Shown: positions 1 through 9,879 of the stretch, piece after piece
How positions within the stretch are numbered: position 1 is the first letter of the stretch
How the letters are laid out: the number at the start of each line of letters is the position of its first letter
Assembly: GCF_016432865.1 (NCBI RefSeq)
Contig: NC_067400.1
Span: 629,052,001 to 629,116,000 of the forward strand
From: Antechinus flavipes
Lineage: Eukaryota
Length of the DNA stretch: 64,000 bases
Direction of reading: 5' to 3'
The notes under the pieces: model-generated
What the model was told of the DNA's origin: nothing
What the model saw: only the letters and a program-made list of their open reading frames with translations
The model's database searches: none
Position numbers and translations under genes: made by a program

Positions 1-463
1 CTTCCATTCATGTGGCGCCCCGCCCCCGACCTAAAAGTTTTCCTCTCTCCAAGGTCCTGCCGGCTACGCGTCCCACCCCCGCTCCCTCCATTAGCCGTCT
101 TGTCCCATCCCACCGATGGCCCCGGCCCCCAGTCTCCACAATGAATCCTCAAACCTCCAGCTCCCCATCTATCCCCGGACACCCCAAACTACACGCCCCG
201 CGTCACCCCAAAACGAGCACAGGAATCCCTCCTCTTGATTTGCCCCCTGATTCTCCTCCACTTCCTCTGCACGTCTGGGGCACCCGCCCGCCACCCACCA
301 ACTAGTTGCCATGGCGATGGTCCTGTGGCATCTCCCCAGCCCGTGCCACAGCCATGAGGAGTTCCTCGAGAGGCCTGCGCACAGCAGGAGCCTAATCCAT
401 GCCGACTCCGCTCCGAAGGCGCCCCCACACACAGACCCTGACACCCACAGCAAAGTCACACCC

Positions 464-469
464 TTTAAT
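464..469 (-). terminator. Candidate PPP1R12C polyadenylation signal (ATTAAA)
   Basis: tttaat on + strand, about 770 nt downstream of the stop codon. No AATAAA was seen nearer. Confidence 0.35.
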
Positions 470-607
470 CGCGGTGCCCCGTGGCCACGGCAGGTCTCAG
501 GAAAATACTTTCTCTCAGCGTGGGTGCCCTCCCCCCACCCCCATCCCGACCCCGACCCCAGGCGGCGGGTGGCAACCCCGGCCACAAAAATAGAAGCCTC
601 CTTCCCC

Positions 608-615
608 TATTGCAC
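608..615 (-). promoter_or_regulatory. miR-25/32/92 family 8mer seed site (GTGCAATA) in PPP1R12C 3' UTR
   Basis: tattgcac on + strand, lying in the inferred 3' UTR. Confidence 0.4.
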
Positions 616-1237
616 ATCATTAGTGGGCGTGGGGCCCCCAGAAAAAACCCACGCCCCTATATACACGTCCCAGCAGCCCCGGCCGAGGCTCGAGGGGGCA
701 GGGACCATTGGCACATTCTTTGCTCCCTGGAGGGGGGAGGGGAGGAGGGGGTGGCAGCACACGTGGGGGGGGAGGGACGAGGAGGGGGAGGGGTGGCTGG
801 GGATCTCTCGGCGCCTTGCTCCCCAAAGTCTGCATCCTCCTCCAGCCGCCCCGGGCCCCTGCCTCCTCCAGGCAGCTCAGGGCCCGGCCGCTTTCATCCA
901 CTTCCTCCGGCCTTCCGCTCCCTTCGCTCCGCGCTGCGCCCCTCCCAGGGGCTGGTCCCATCCTTAGCAGCCCCAGCTCCCCTCCTCCAGCTCCCCGCCA
1001 GGGTCCCCAGGCTCCTTCCAGCCCAGGCAGCTGGATCCCCAGGGCCCTGAGGGGCTGGGGAGTGGTGGGGTATGGCTTTTTCAGGGGAGTGATTGGGGGG
1101 AGGAGATGCGGAGGTCCCCTCCAGGTCCCCAAGTTTCACACAAAGGAATGGTTTGTGGCAGAAGCAGCTGCATAAATAGGGGTGAGGGGAGCACGGGGGA
1201 GCAGAGTCGGCCCCCCCACCTCCCGGGGGTGGGGGAA

Positions 1238-4200
1238 TCACTTGGAGAGTTTGCTGATGACCCGGATCAGGGCTGCGTTCTCATCCTTCAAGCGCTGGTT
1301 GTCGGCCCGAAGGTCGGACAGGGCCTGAGAAGGGGGGAGGGGTGTCAAGAGGGAAGCAGCAAGACTACCCAGATTCCCCCCCCCTTCCCCCGCCCCAAGC
1401 CACTCTTCTCACCTTCAGCTCTTCCTCCAGCTGGGCTGCCTTCCTCTCCAGGGCCCTCCGCTCCTGGGGAAGGGGCCCGTCAGACGAAGGGGAGGACGGG
1501 GCCGGGCCCCCCCACCCCAGATGAAAAATCTCCCAGGGAAGCTTCAGGCCTGGGCCCACCCGGGTGCCCCTCCCCCCCTTCCCTTTCCTCCCACTTACAA
1601 ATCTCTCCAGCTCCAACATGGCCGGCCGCTCAGCGTACTGCTCTTGTCTCTGGGGGGGAAGAGAAGGTTGAGGGAAAGGAGAGAGGGAGAGCTCGGAGCT
1701 GGAAGAGGCGAGTGGGGGGAGGGGCGAGAGCAGGGGCGGGGCGAGAGCAGGGGGTGGGGCAGAGTAAGGACAGGGGGTGGGGCTGGGCAAGAGAACGGGG
1801 GCAGGGCAGAGGCGGGGCGAGGACAGGGAGCGGGGCGTGGGGAGCACTGACCTGCGTGGCCCGCTCCAGCTCCACCTTGAGCTGTGACAGCCCCAGGGTG
1901 GTCTCCTGCAGGGTCTCCCTCAGCCTCTCGTTCTCCCCCTGCAGGCTCAGGTACAGCTGCGGCACAGTCGGGGCAGGGGGCACCGCTCAGGACTCAGAGC
2001 CCTTGGAGAGCTCCGCCCCAAGCCCCGCCCTCCAGCTCTCCTGGCCCCGCCCCAAGTACCCCCCCAAAAAAGGCTTACCTTGCGGAAATTGCTGCTGTCC
2101 GGGGGCCGGTCCCCGGGTTCCGCCTGAGGCTGGAGTCCCTTGGAGCCGTCCACCACGCTGGGGACCCAGGAGACCCGGTCAGTCCGCAGGCCCAGGGCAC
2201 GCCCCTCCCCCCCACCCGCCCTCCCGCTGGGCCTCAGGTACCTGGAGGCGGGGCTCTCGGCGCTGGTCAGGGGGTCCGTGGGCTCCGCCTCCTCACCCTG
2301 AAAGCACAAGGGGGTGTGGGGATGGGCACTAAGGCCCCGCAGAAAGGGGGCCCCTGAGCTGGGCCCGGGCCCTCAGAGACTCAAAGGCCCCCCAACACCC
2401 GCCCCACCGGCCCTCGGCCCTCACCTCGGCCGGCCCCCGATGCTCCCGCCGGCCTTTCCGGCGGTCTGGAGCCGCCTGCTGGCTGCGCCCTTCGCCCTCA
2501 GGTTCGTCTGCTGGAGTGAGAAGGGGTCAGAGCGGGACCCCCGCGGCCCACCTGCCCACGCCCTCCCTAGTGATCACAGGGGGAGGGGGAGCCGGGGGCG
2601 GGGCCTCCCCCCCTTTCTGTACCTCTCTGGACTGCGGAGTCCGAGTTCTCCAGCCCAGGGACCCGGGGCCTCCGAGCAGGGTCCTGGAGGATGGGAGGGG
2701 GTATCAGCCAAGGCGGGAGCTGGCCCTGGTGCCCCCCAGCTCCCCCACCCTGACCCCCAGCTCACCAGGCTCTCGGGGCACCTCTCCTCCTTGTCTGGTG
2801 CAGAGGCCCGCACGCTCTTTTCCGCCTCCTTCAGGTCGGTCAGCGTCACCCCCTGGGGAAAGGGGACAAATGAGATGGGAGGAGCTGGGGGGGGGGAGGG
2901 GGAAAAGGGGCGGGGCACTCGTGGGGGGGCGGGGCACTCGTGGGGGGGGGGCACTCGGGGCTCGGGCCTCACCTGGGTGGATCTCCGGGACTGGCGCATG
3001 AGCCGGGAGCGCGCCTTGCGCTGGGACTCAGACTCCTCATCCCTCACGGGCATCTGGTAGGATCTGGGGGGGGCAAAGGGCACGGTCAGGAGCCGGCTCT
3101 CGGGCACTGCCCGCTCCCGATGCCCGTCTCTCCCCCTTCCCCCATCCCTGTTCCCCCTCACCTCCGCCGCTCCCGGGAATCGGTGGGGACCGGCAGTGGC
3201 GTCGGGGGCTCCACAATCCTGGGGTTCGGGAGGGGAGATGACCGTGAGCCCCGACATTTCGGCAAGGGCTCCTCACCCCCCCTTCCCCTCCCCACTCTGC
3301 CTAGGGTCTGGCGCACTCACGCTTCAGGGGGCTCATTCAGCTTCTGGGAGAGCGTGGGGGTCACACGGGCCAGACGGGGCTCCTTGGTCTGAGGGAGAGG
3401 GGAGGAGTCTCCTCAAAGGTCACTTCCAAAGCCAGCCCAGACCCCCCACGCAGATGAGTCGGCCCTGCGCCCCCCCCCCCAGCAGCCAGCCCCTTGCCGG
3501 CCCCTCCTCCTCACCTTGGGGCTGGGGGAGTCCGGGGTCTGTGGGGTAGATACTCCGTTCAAGGCACTGGGTTCTGGGGGAGGGGGGCGGTCAGAGGTCA
3601 GCAGGACTCCTCCCCCCGCCACCCCCCACCCCCCCAGGCCCCGGGGCTTCCTCACCTGGGCCTTCCTCCTCACCCTCCTCCTCATCACGCAGTGGGGGGG
3701 CCCCGGAGCCCCCCGGCCGCCGCTCCTTGGAGAGATCTTGGAGCGAGATCTTTTCTCTGCTGCTCAGGCGGCACACGGAGCTCCTGTGGGGACACGAGGA
3801 AGGGGTGAGGGGCCCCGGGGGGGGGGGAGCCCGGCCCGGCCCAGCCCCGGCCCAGCCCTACCTCCTGTGTTTGCCACTGGGCGGCGGCGGCGGCTCTGGG
3901 CCGGCCTCTGTCCCGCGCTCCTGGGCCAGGGCCTCCTTCTGATTGCGAAGCTGAGGGAAAAGGGAGGAAGGGGGTGGCCGAGGGGTCCGGGGAGGAGGCA
4001 GAGTGAGAGGGCCACGGTCCCCCCGGGGAGGCTGGGGGGGACCCGGGGGAGGGGAGTCCCCGAGGGGTGAGGCCGAGGTGGGGGCACCCTGGGGGGGGAA
4101 GGCCTGGAGGAGGGGTGACGGGGGAGACCCCTGGACCTCACATCTTCCTGCTTCTGGGCCAACTCCTCCAGAAGGCTGAGCACGTCCTCGTCGGCCAGGT

Positions 4201-7200
4201 CACAGGGACGCTGCCCCTGCAGCGGGGGAAGGGAGGAGGATGAGGGAGGCCGAGCCCCAGCCGCACCCCACCAGGGCCCCCGTTGCTCCCTTCCTTTTGT
4301 GGGCATTTATTTAACCCCTACTGTGTGCACCCATTCCCCAGCTTCGGGAGACGGGTGGGGGCAGTGAGTGCCCCCCAGGGAGACCCTTAGCACGCCCCCG
4401 CCCCCGGGGGCCGCAGGGGAGCTCGGGCCTTCCCTGGCCCCGGGAGCGGCTCCGTCCCCGTAGGCCCGGCTGCCCGCGGGGGAGGACGGGCCCCAAGGGC
4501 CGGGGCCTGCTCAGAGCCTTCTGACAAAAGGGAGCCAGGATTTACTGGTAGAAAGGTCCAGAAAAACCTAGGGAGCTTAAGACAGTCTGAGCCCTAAGGG
4601 GGGGCCGCGGAGGAGGGGGCTGCGGGGGAGCCGGGGGCGCGAGCTGGGCACGGCTGCGGGGAACACCTTGGGCGCCGCCCAGGGACCTCTCTGCCCGCCC
4701 CAGTCCGATGCCCTCTCCCCGCCAGCCGGGCCCGACCACGTGGGCGCAGATGCCGGGGAGCACAGACCCCGGCCCGCAGGCGCCCCCCAGGCCCTCACCG
4801 CGTGGGTTAAGGAGTCCATGCCGCCCCCGTGCTCGGCCAGCAGGCGGCAGGCGTCCTCGACGCCCCAGTGGGCGGCCGCGTGCAGCGGCGTCCAGCCGTC
4901 CCCGTCCCGCAGCTCGGGGTCGTAGCCGGCCTGCAGGAGCAGCCTGCGGGGACAGAGGCGGGGGGCTGACGGGCGCGGCGGCCCCCCGGCCCCCAGCCCC
5001 CCGCCCCGCCCCGCGCCCGGCCCGGCCCCCACACCTCATGACCTCCATGTAGCCCTTGGCGGCGGCCACGTGCAGGGCCGAGGCGCCCGTGCGGGGGTGG
5101 CGGGCCTCGGGCATGGCGCCCCCGTTGAGCCAGCACCGCGTGTCGTGCAGCAGCAGCTCCTCCTCAGCCCGCTTGGCGGCCTCCACGTCCACGCCTTTGG
5201 GGACGAGAGACAAAGCGCCGTCGGCTCCCGGAGGGGGCCCGGCCCCGCCGCCCCCGCGCCCCCTCGGCCCCCCGCCCACCTCGGCGGGCGATCTCCGCCC
5301 TCAGCAGGCTCTCCATGGCGTCGGCCTCCGCCAGGTCCAGGGGCAGGTCCCCGTCGCTGTTCACGGCGGCGATGTTGGCGCCGTGGCCCAGCAGGTACCT
5401 GGAGGCGGGCGGGGGAGGGTGAGAGGAGACCCCGGCAGGGACCCGAGCGTCCGAGCCTGGGGCCCCAGGAGGTTGCAGGTGGGGGCTGGAGCTTAGGGGC
5501 GCGACCTTGGCAGCCAAGTGGAGGAGGGACTGGAGCGAAGAAGGGCCCGAGGCCGCCAGGAGACACATGGGGGTCCCTGAGGGCCGTCCTCTAGAGGAAG
5601 AGCCGAGGGTCCGGGACCACCCGGAGGGGGACAGGGAGTGATCCGGAGGAGGAGCACCAGGGGAGCTGTGCACACCCACGTACACACTGGCACACGCCCA
5701 GCAGGGAGCCCCTCCCCCGCCATCCCGCAGCCTCGGGCCGTTCCCCCACCAGCCTCACATGTGTCTGAGCTCGGGGAGCGGAGGGGCCGGCGTCCCCGGG
5801 CTCTCCGAGGGTCCCTGCCCCGACGAGTGGCCCCAGGGCGCCCACCCTGGGGGCAGTGACGGGCTGGGCGACAAAGGTGAGGGCGCCCCTCCCCCCAAGC
5901 CTGGGGCTGCCGAGGAGCACCGAGGACCAATGGCGGTTCCCCCAGTTTTCTGGGCCGGGGCAGGACCGGGGGAGGGAGGGGCCCTCGTGCCTTCCGAAGG
6001 CCAGTTAGAAAATGCAGAAAAGCCCGGCGGGGTCAGGGGGCGGGCGCTCGTCATCCCAGAGACCACCCAGGCAGAAAGAGGGGGCGACCGTCACTGGCTG
6101 GCACGGAGGCGCGGCCCAATGACCCTCCATCCTTCTAAACTAAGGAAACCCCCGGGGGTGGGTCTGGCGGGCAGTGCCCGCTCACAGCCTGGCACGGGGA
6201 GAGGCCGAGGCGGACGGCAGCCACAGCGGCCCAGGAGGCCGTCCGGGATCCCTCATCCCCTCGGGGTCCAGCAGCCCCTTCCCCGCCGTCTGCCTCGGTT
6301 TCCCCAACTACAAAATGGGACCACAGGACCAGGGCCGCCGGAGGCATCAGATGAGATCCCGGCGCAGGGCTTGGCACCCAGCGGGTGCTTGATCAAAAGT
6401 GTCTCCCCCCCTTGGGCCCAGGGAAGACCCCGGCCTTGTTCCTGCCTCTCCCTCTGCGAGAAGCAGTAACTAAGATCCCGTGCGCTCGGCGGGTCCCGGG
6501 CCCAACGGAGGGGCCGCCCGAGAGCCGGGGGCTCGCCCTGGGGACCGGCCCTGGCGTCCCCCGCGCAGTGGGGCCGGCGCCTCGGGCCGACACATGCACG
6601 GGGCCAGCCCTTGGGAAGCCACCTCGCGCCGTCCTCGTGGGCAGCGCCGAGACAGAGCGAGGGGTCCGGCCGGGAGGGCGGGGACGGCACACAAAGCTTG
6701 GGGGGCTCAGCGGGCAGCGGCCTCCGTCCGGGAAGGCCGTCGAGGGCCGCGGGAGGCAGCCGGGGGAGCCACGCCGGTCCTTCCTCAGAGGCGCCAAGGG
6801 AGGCCCCCCAGGCTTTCCGGGGACTCCCCGCTCCCCCACGTCTGAACCCCCTCCTCTCAGCAGGGCCCCGCCCACCAAAGGCCGTCTGAGGGGGCACAGG
6901 CAAGCCCAGGAGCCCCCCCCCTGGGCCCCGGAGCCTTACTGGGCAATGTCCAGGTATCCACAGGAGGCGGCCACGTGCAAGGGGGTCCAGCCCTCGTTGT
7001 CGGCTTGGTTGACCGAGGCCCCCTCCTCCACCAGGAAGCGGACCACCTCCAGGTTCTCGTCAATGCAAGCCTGGCAGAGAGAGCGGGGGAGCTCAGCCGG
7101 CCTCCGCCGGCCGTGGGGGAGGGGGAGAGCCCGGCCCTCCCAAGCCTGAGCCCCGAGGTGCCCAGGGGGCAGAGGCCCCCCTCCCCCTGCCCCCAGCCCC

Positions 7201-9144
7201 CGGGCCCAGAGAGGAGGGAAGGCACCGAGGGCCAGGGGGATGAAGTCATGGAAACTCAGGCGGGAGGGGGGCCGGGCCACCCCAGCCTGGGAACGGGCTG
7301 AGCTCGGTCTCCGTTTATTTCCTCCCCGATGTCATGGAGACCCGGGGGGGGGGGGGGGGGACAGGGGGCCTCCCCTACAAGGTCGTGGTGAGAGCGGAGG
7401 GAGGGCCCGGAGCCAGCTCAGCCACCCGGCACCTGGGACCCGGCCCTGCTGCCCCGAGGCCGGGGGGCGCCTGGGGTCTCCGGCCTCCCTGGGGACGGGG
7501 GGGGGGGGGGGGTCCGGGGACACGACCTCCAAGGCCCCTGGCTAGGAGGATGCAGCGAGGGCAGGTCCAGTCCTCCGGCCCCAAGGACAAGGGACAAATG
7601 TGGCCACGGGAGGGAGGTCCAGAATCCAGCCTCCGCAGGCCGGCTTCCGGGCCTTCCCCGCTCCCCCGGGCAGGGAGACAGCCCGCCGCGACCCCGAGGG
7701 GCTCCCCTGGTCCGGGGAAGTGCAGGGGGGGCAGAGCGGGGGGCACTGACAAGGAGGGACGGGCCAAGGCTGCACGAGGACTGGGGGGCGGGTCTCAGGG
7801 ACCCCGGCCAGGCCGCCCAGACACTCCCGGAGCCCCAGAGGGACCCGCGCCCGTCCGGGATGGGCCGGAGGAGTCAGAGGGTCCGCAGAAGGTGCTCGCC
7901 CCCAGGGGCAGCCCCGGCCCTCGTGTGACAGAGGGGGCGGAGGAGGGCAGGAGGGAAGGACTTGGTCGGCGAGCGGGTCAGGAACGCTCTGGTTCGGGGG
8001 CGAGCTCCCGGGAAGCCCCCAAAGGCCCAGCTTGGGGACGAGGGGGGGTCTCCTCCAGACCTCCCAGCTTCCTTGGATCCGCGTGTTTACACACAGCGCC
8101 TGGCACCCAGAGGTGCAAACCCTGGCCCAGACTGCCAAATAAGGAGTCCAGGAGGGAAGGGCCACGCTGGGGCCACTGGCAGGAAGGGCCCTCTGAGGGG
8201 CGGCAGCACTGGGGGGGAGGGGGCTGCCTCCTGGGCGCCGGGAGAATAGCACTGGCAGAGCTGGGGGGGGGTCCCGCCTTCTGCCTCCTCCCCCAGGCCC
8301 TACTGGTGCAACTCAAGAGCCCCCCTCATGCCCCCCGGACCCCCACCCCTGGTGGAGGGCACTGATGCTCCGTGCTGTCAGCAGCTAGGGCCCCCCAGCC
8401 CCGCATCAGGGGCTCTCCCATCCCGGGACCCCGGCACCGAGTGCCCTGCATGATGCCGGCCGCTGGGCAGCAGCCATGGACCAGGCCCCCCTAGCACCCT
8501 CAGCCGGGGCCGCCCCTCCCCCGCACCGAGGGCAGGGCACTGATGCTGTCTGCTTGGTGCTGTCCGGGCCGGGCCCCCAGAGCACCCCCCGCACCTGTGC
8601 CCCCTCCCCCCCCTCCCCCAGCCGCCCCTCCCCCGCACCGAGGGCAGGGCACTGATGCTGTCTGCTTGGTGCTGTCTGGGCCGGGCCCCCAGAGCACCCC
8701 CCCCACCTGTGCCCCCTCCCTCCCTCCCTCCCCCCTCCCCCCGGGCCGCCCCTCCCCCGCACCGAGGGCAGGGCACTGATGCTGTCTGCTTGGTGCTGTC
8801 CGGGCCGGGCTCCCAGAGCACCCACCCCCCCTCCCCCCTCCCCCCGGGCCGCCCCTCCCCCGCACCTGGTGTAGCGCGCTGATGCCGTCCGCGTTGGTGC
8901 TGTCCAGCAGCCCCGGGCCGGGCCCCCCGCGCACCATGGCCCGCGCCTCCTCCAGGTCCCCGCCGGCGCACGCGGCCAGGAACTCGGCGGCGCGCTCGAA
9001 GCGTACGGTGCGGGCCCGGGCCCGGCCCCCACCGCCCGCAGGCTCCCCGGAGCCCGCCGCCCGCGCCCATTGCCGCAGCTGCTCCTGCCGCCGCTCCCGG
9101 GCCGCGCCCGCCCCCGCGCCCGCCTCCGGCGCCGAGCCCGACAT
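1238..9144 (-). CDS. PPP1R12C: Protein phosphatase 1 regulatory subunit 12C (MBS85, MYPT family), 21 coding exons, 687 aa
   Basis: Exons in transcription order: 8866-9144, 6940-7070, 5280-5398, 5035-5194, 4799-4943, 4142-4216, 3862-3950, 3656-3783, 3515-3573, 3321-3388, 3162-3218, 2973-3063, 2766-2852, 2623-2683, 2425-2510, 2242-2297, 2079-2157, 1852-1956, 1599-1649, 1413-1463, 1238-1324. All are GT-AG and total 2064 nt in frame. Motifs: MyPhoNE-like RRQEQLRQW, RVxF (RTVRF), ankyrin repeats ([36 protein letters not shown]), inhibitory site RRSTQGVT, C-terminal leucine zipper ...[11 protein letters not shown]. Confidence 0.95.
8484..8865 (-). repeat. Tandem ~103-124 bp repeat derived from the PPP1R12C exon1/intron1 junction (3 clear copies, degenerate remnant near 8355-8390)
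   Basis: Each unit GGACAGCACCAAGCAGACAGCATCAGTGCCCTGCCCTCG|GTGCGGGGGAGGGGCGGCC mirrors the true junction GGACAGCACCAACGCGGACGGCATCAGCGCGCTACACCAG|GTGCGGGGGAGGGGCGGCC. Confidence 0.85.
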
Positions 9145-9190
9145 CCCGGCCCGGCGTGGCCCGAGCGCGGAGCCCGCGCGGGGATCCCCG

Positions 9191-9202
9191 GCTGCCGCCG
9201 CT

Positions 9203-9249
<47 letters not shown>

Positions 9250-9250
9250 G
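9191..9250 (-). repeat. (CGG/GCG)~20 trinucleotide repeat in the PPP1R12C 5' leader
   Basis: gct gcc gcc gct (gcc)n gcg on + strand; reads as 20 Ala in the frame of the ATG at 9144. Confidence 0.95.
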
Positions 9251-9339
9251 CCCGACCCTCCCCGATCCCCCGATCCCCGGCGCGGGGGCCGCCGGGAAGG
9301 CGCCGCCGTCGCCGAGCCCAGCCCGCCGCGGGCCCCGCC

Positions 9340-9581
9340 GGGAACCGTAGTCCGCTTTGCGCGCCTCTCTTCCGAGGCACGCCGGGAAGTGTAGTCGCTC
9401 CGGAAAACTGTCCCGGGAAGCCTCGAAATTGAGTTCTGCACTTGCGCCTTAGGGACCTGAGCCCCGGAGCACGTCGGGAAGCGCAGTCCCAGATCCAAGC
9501 AGCCTACGGAGTTTGGGCGGGGTGGGCGGGGTCGGCTCCTTACGACGTCTGCGCGGACCGCGGCATGCCGGGAAACGGAGT
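9340..9581 (-). promoter_or_regulatory. PPP1R12C CpG-island promoter with ACTACAnnTCCC-type motifs
   Basis: ACTACGGTTCCC (9340-9351), ACTACACTTCCC (9384-9395), ACTGCGCTTCCC (9476-9487), ACTCCGTTTCCC (9570-9581); CpG-dense. Confidence 0.6.
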
Positions 9582-9879
9582 CTGGGCGGCTTGTGGTAAG
9601 AGGTGTGAGGTTTTCATCCCAACCTAGCCTGCCTGGTTGGATGCCTCAACCCCAGCGAGGCGCCCCCTGTGGAGCCCAACGGAGTCACTGAAGAACCGGG
9701 GGGATCCTGTTGGGAGCTGAGGGAACCGACGCCGAAAACTGACCTGCAGACGCACGTGTCTCCACTCCCTGGTCCTCCTTTCCCTGTGCCCCCCACCCCC
9801 CATTCCGCTTTACGGGGTCCCACCAGAACCCTGAGCCACGATCATCCGGGACTCTGCGCTCTCTCTTGCAGCCGCACCC

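Noticed and set aside
169-967. ORFs at the window start, including minus-strand ...DVQRKWRRIRGQIKRRDSC and a possible EPS8L1 3' end
   Set aside because: No recognisable EPS8L1 C-terminus and no convincing acceptor. These are best explained as PPP1R12C 3' UTR or intergenic GC-rich sequence.
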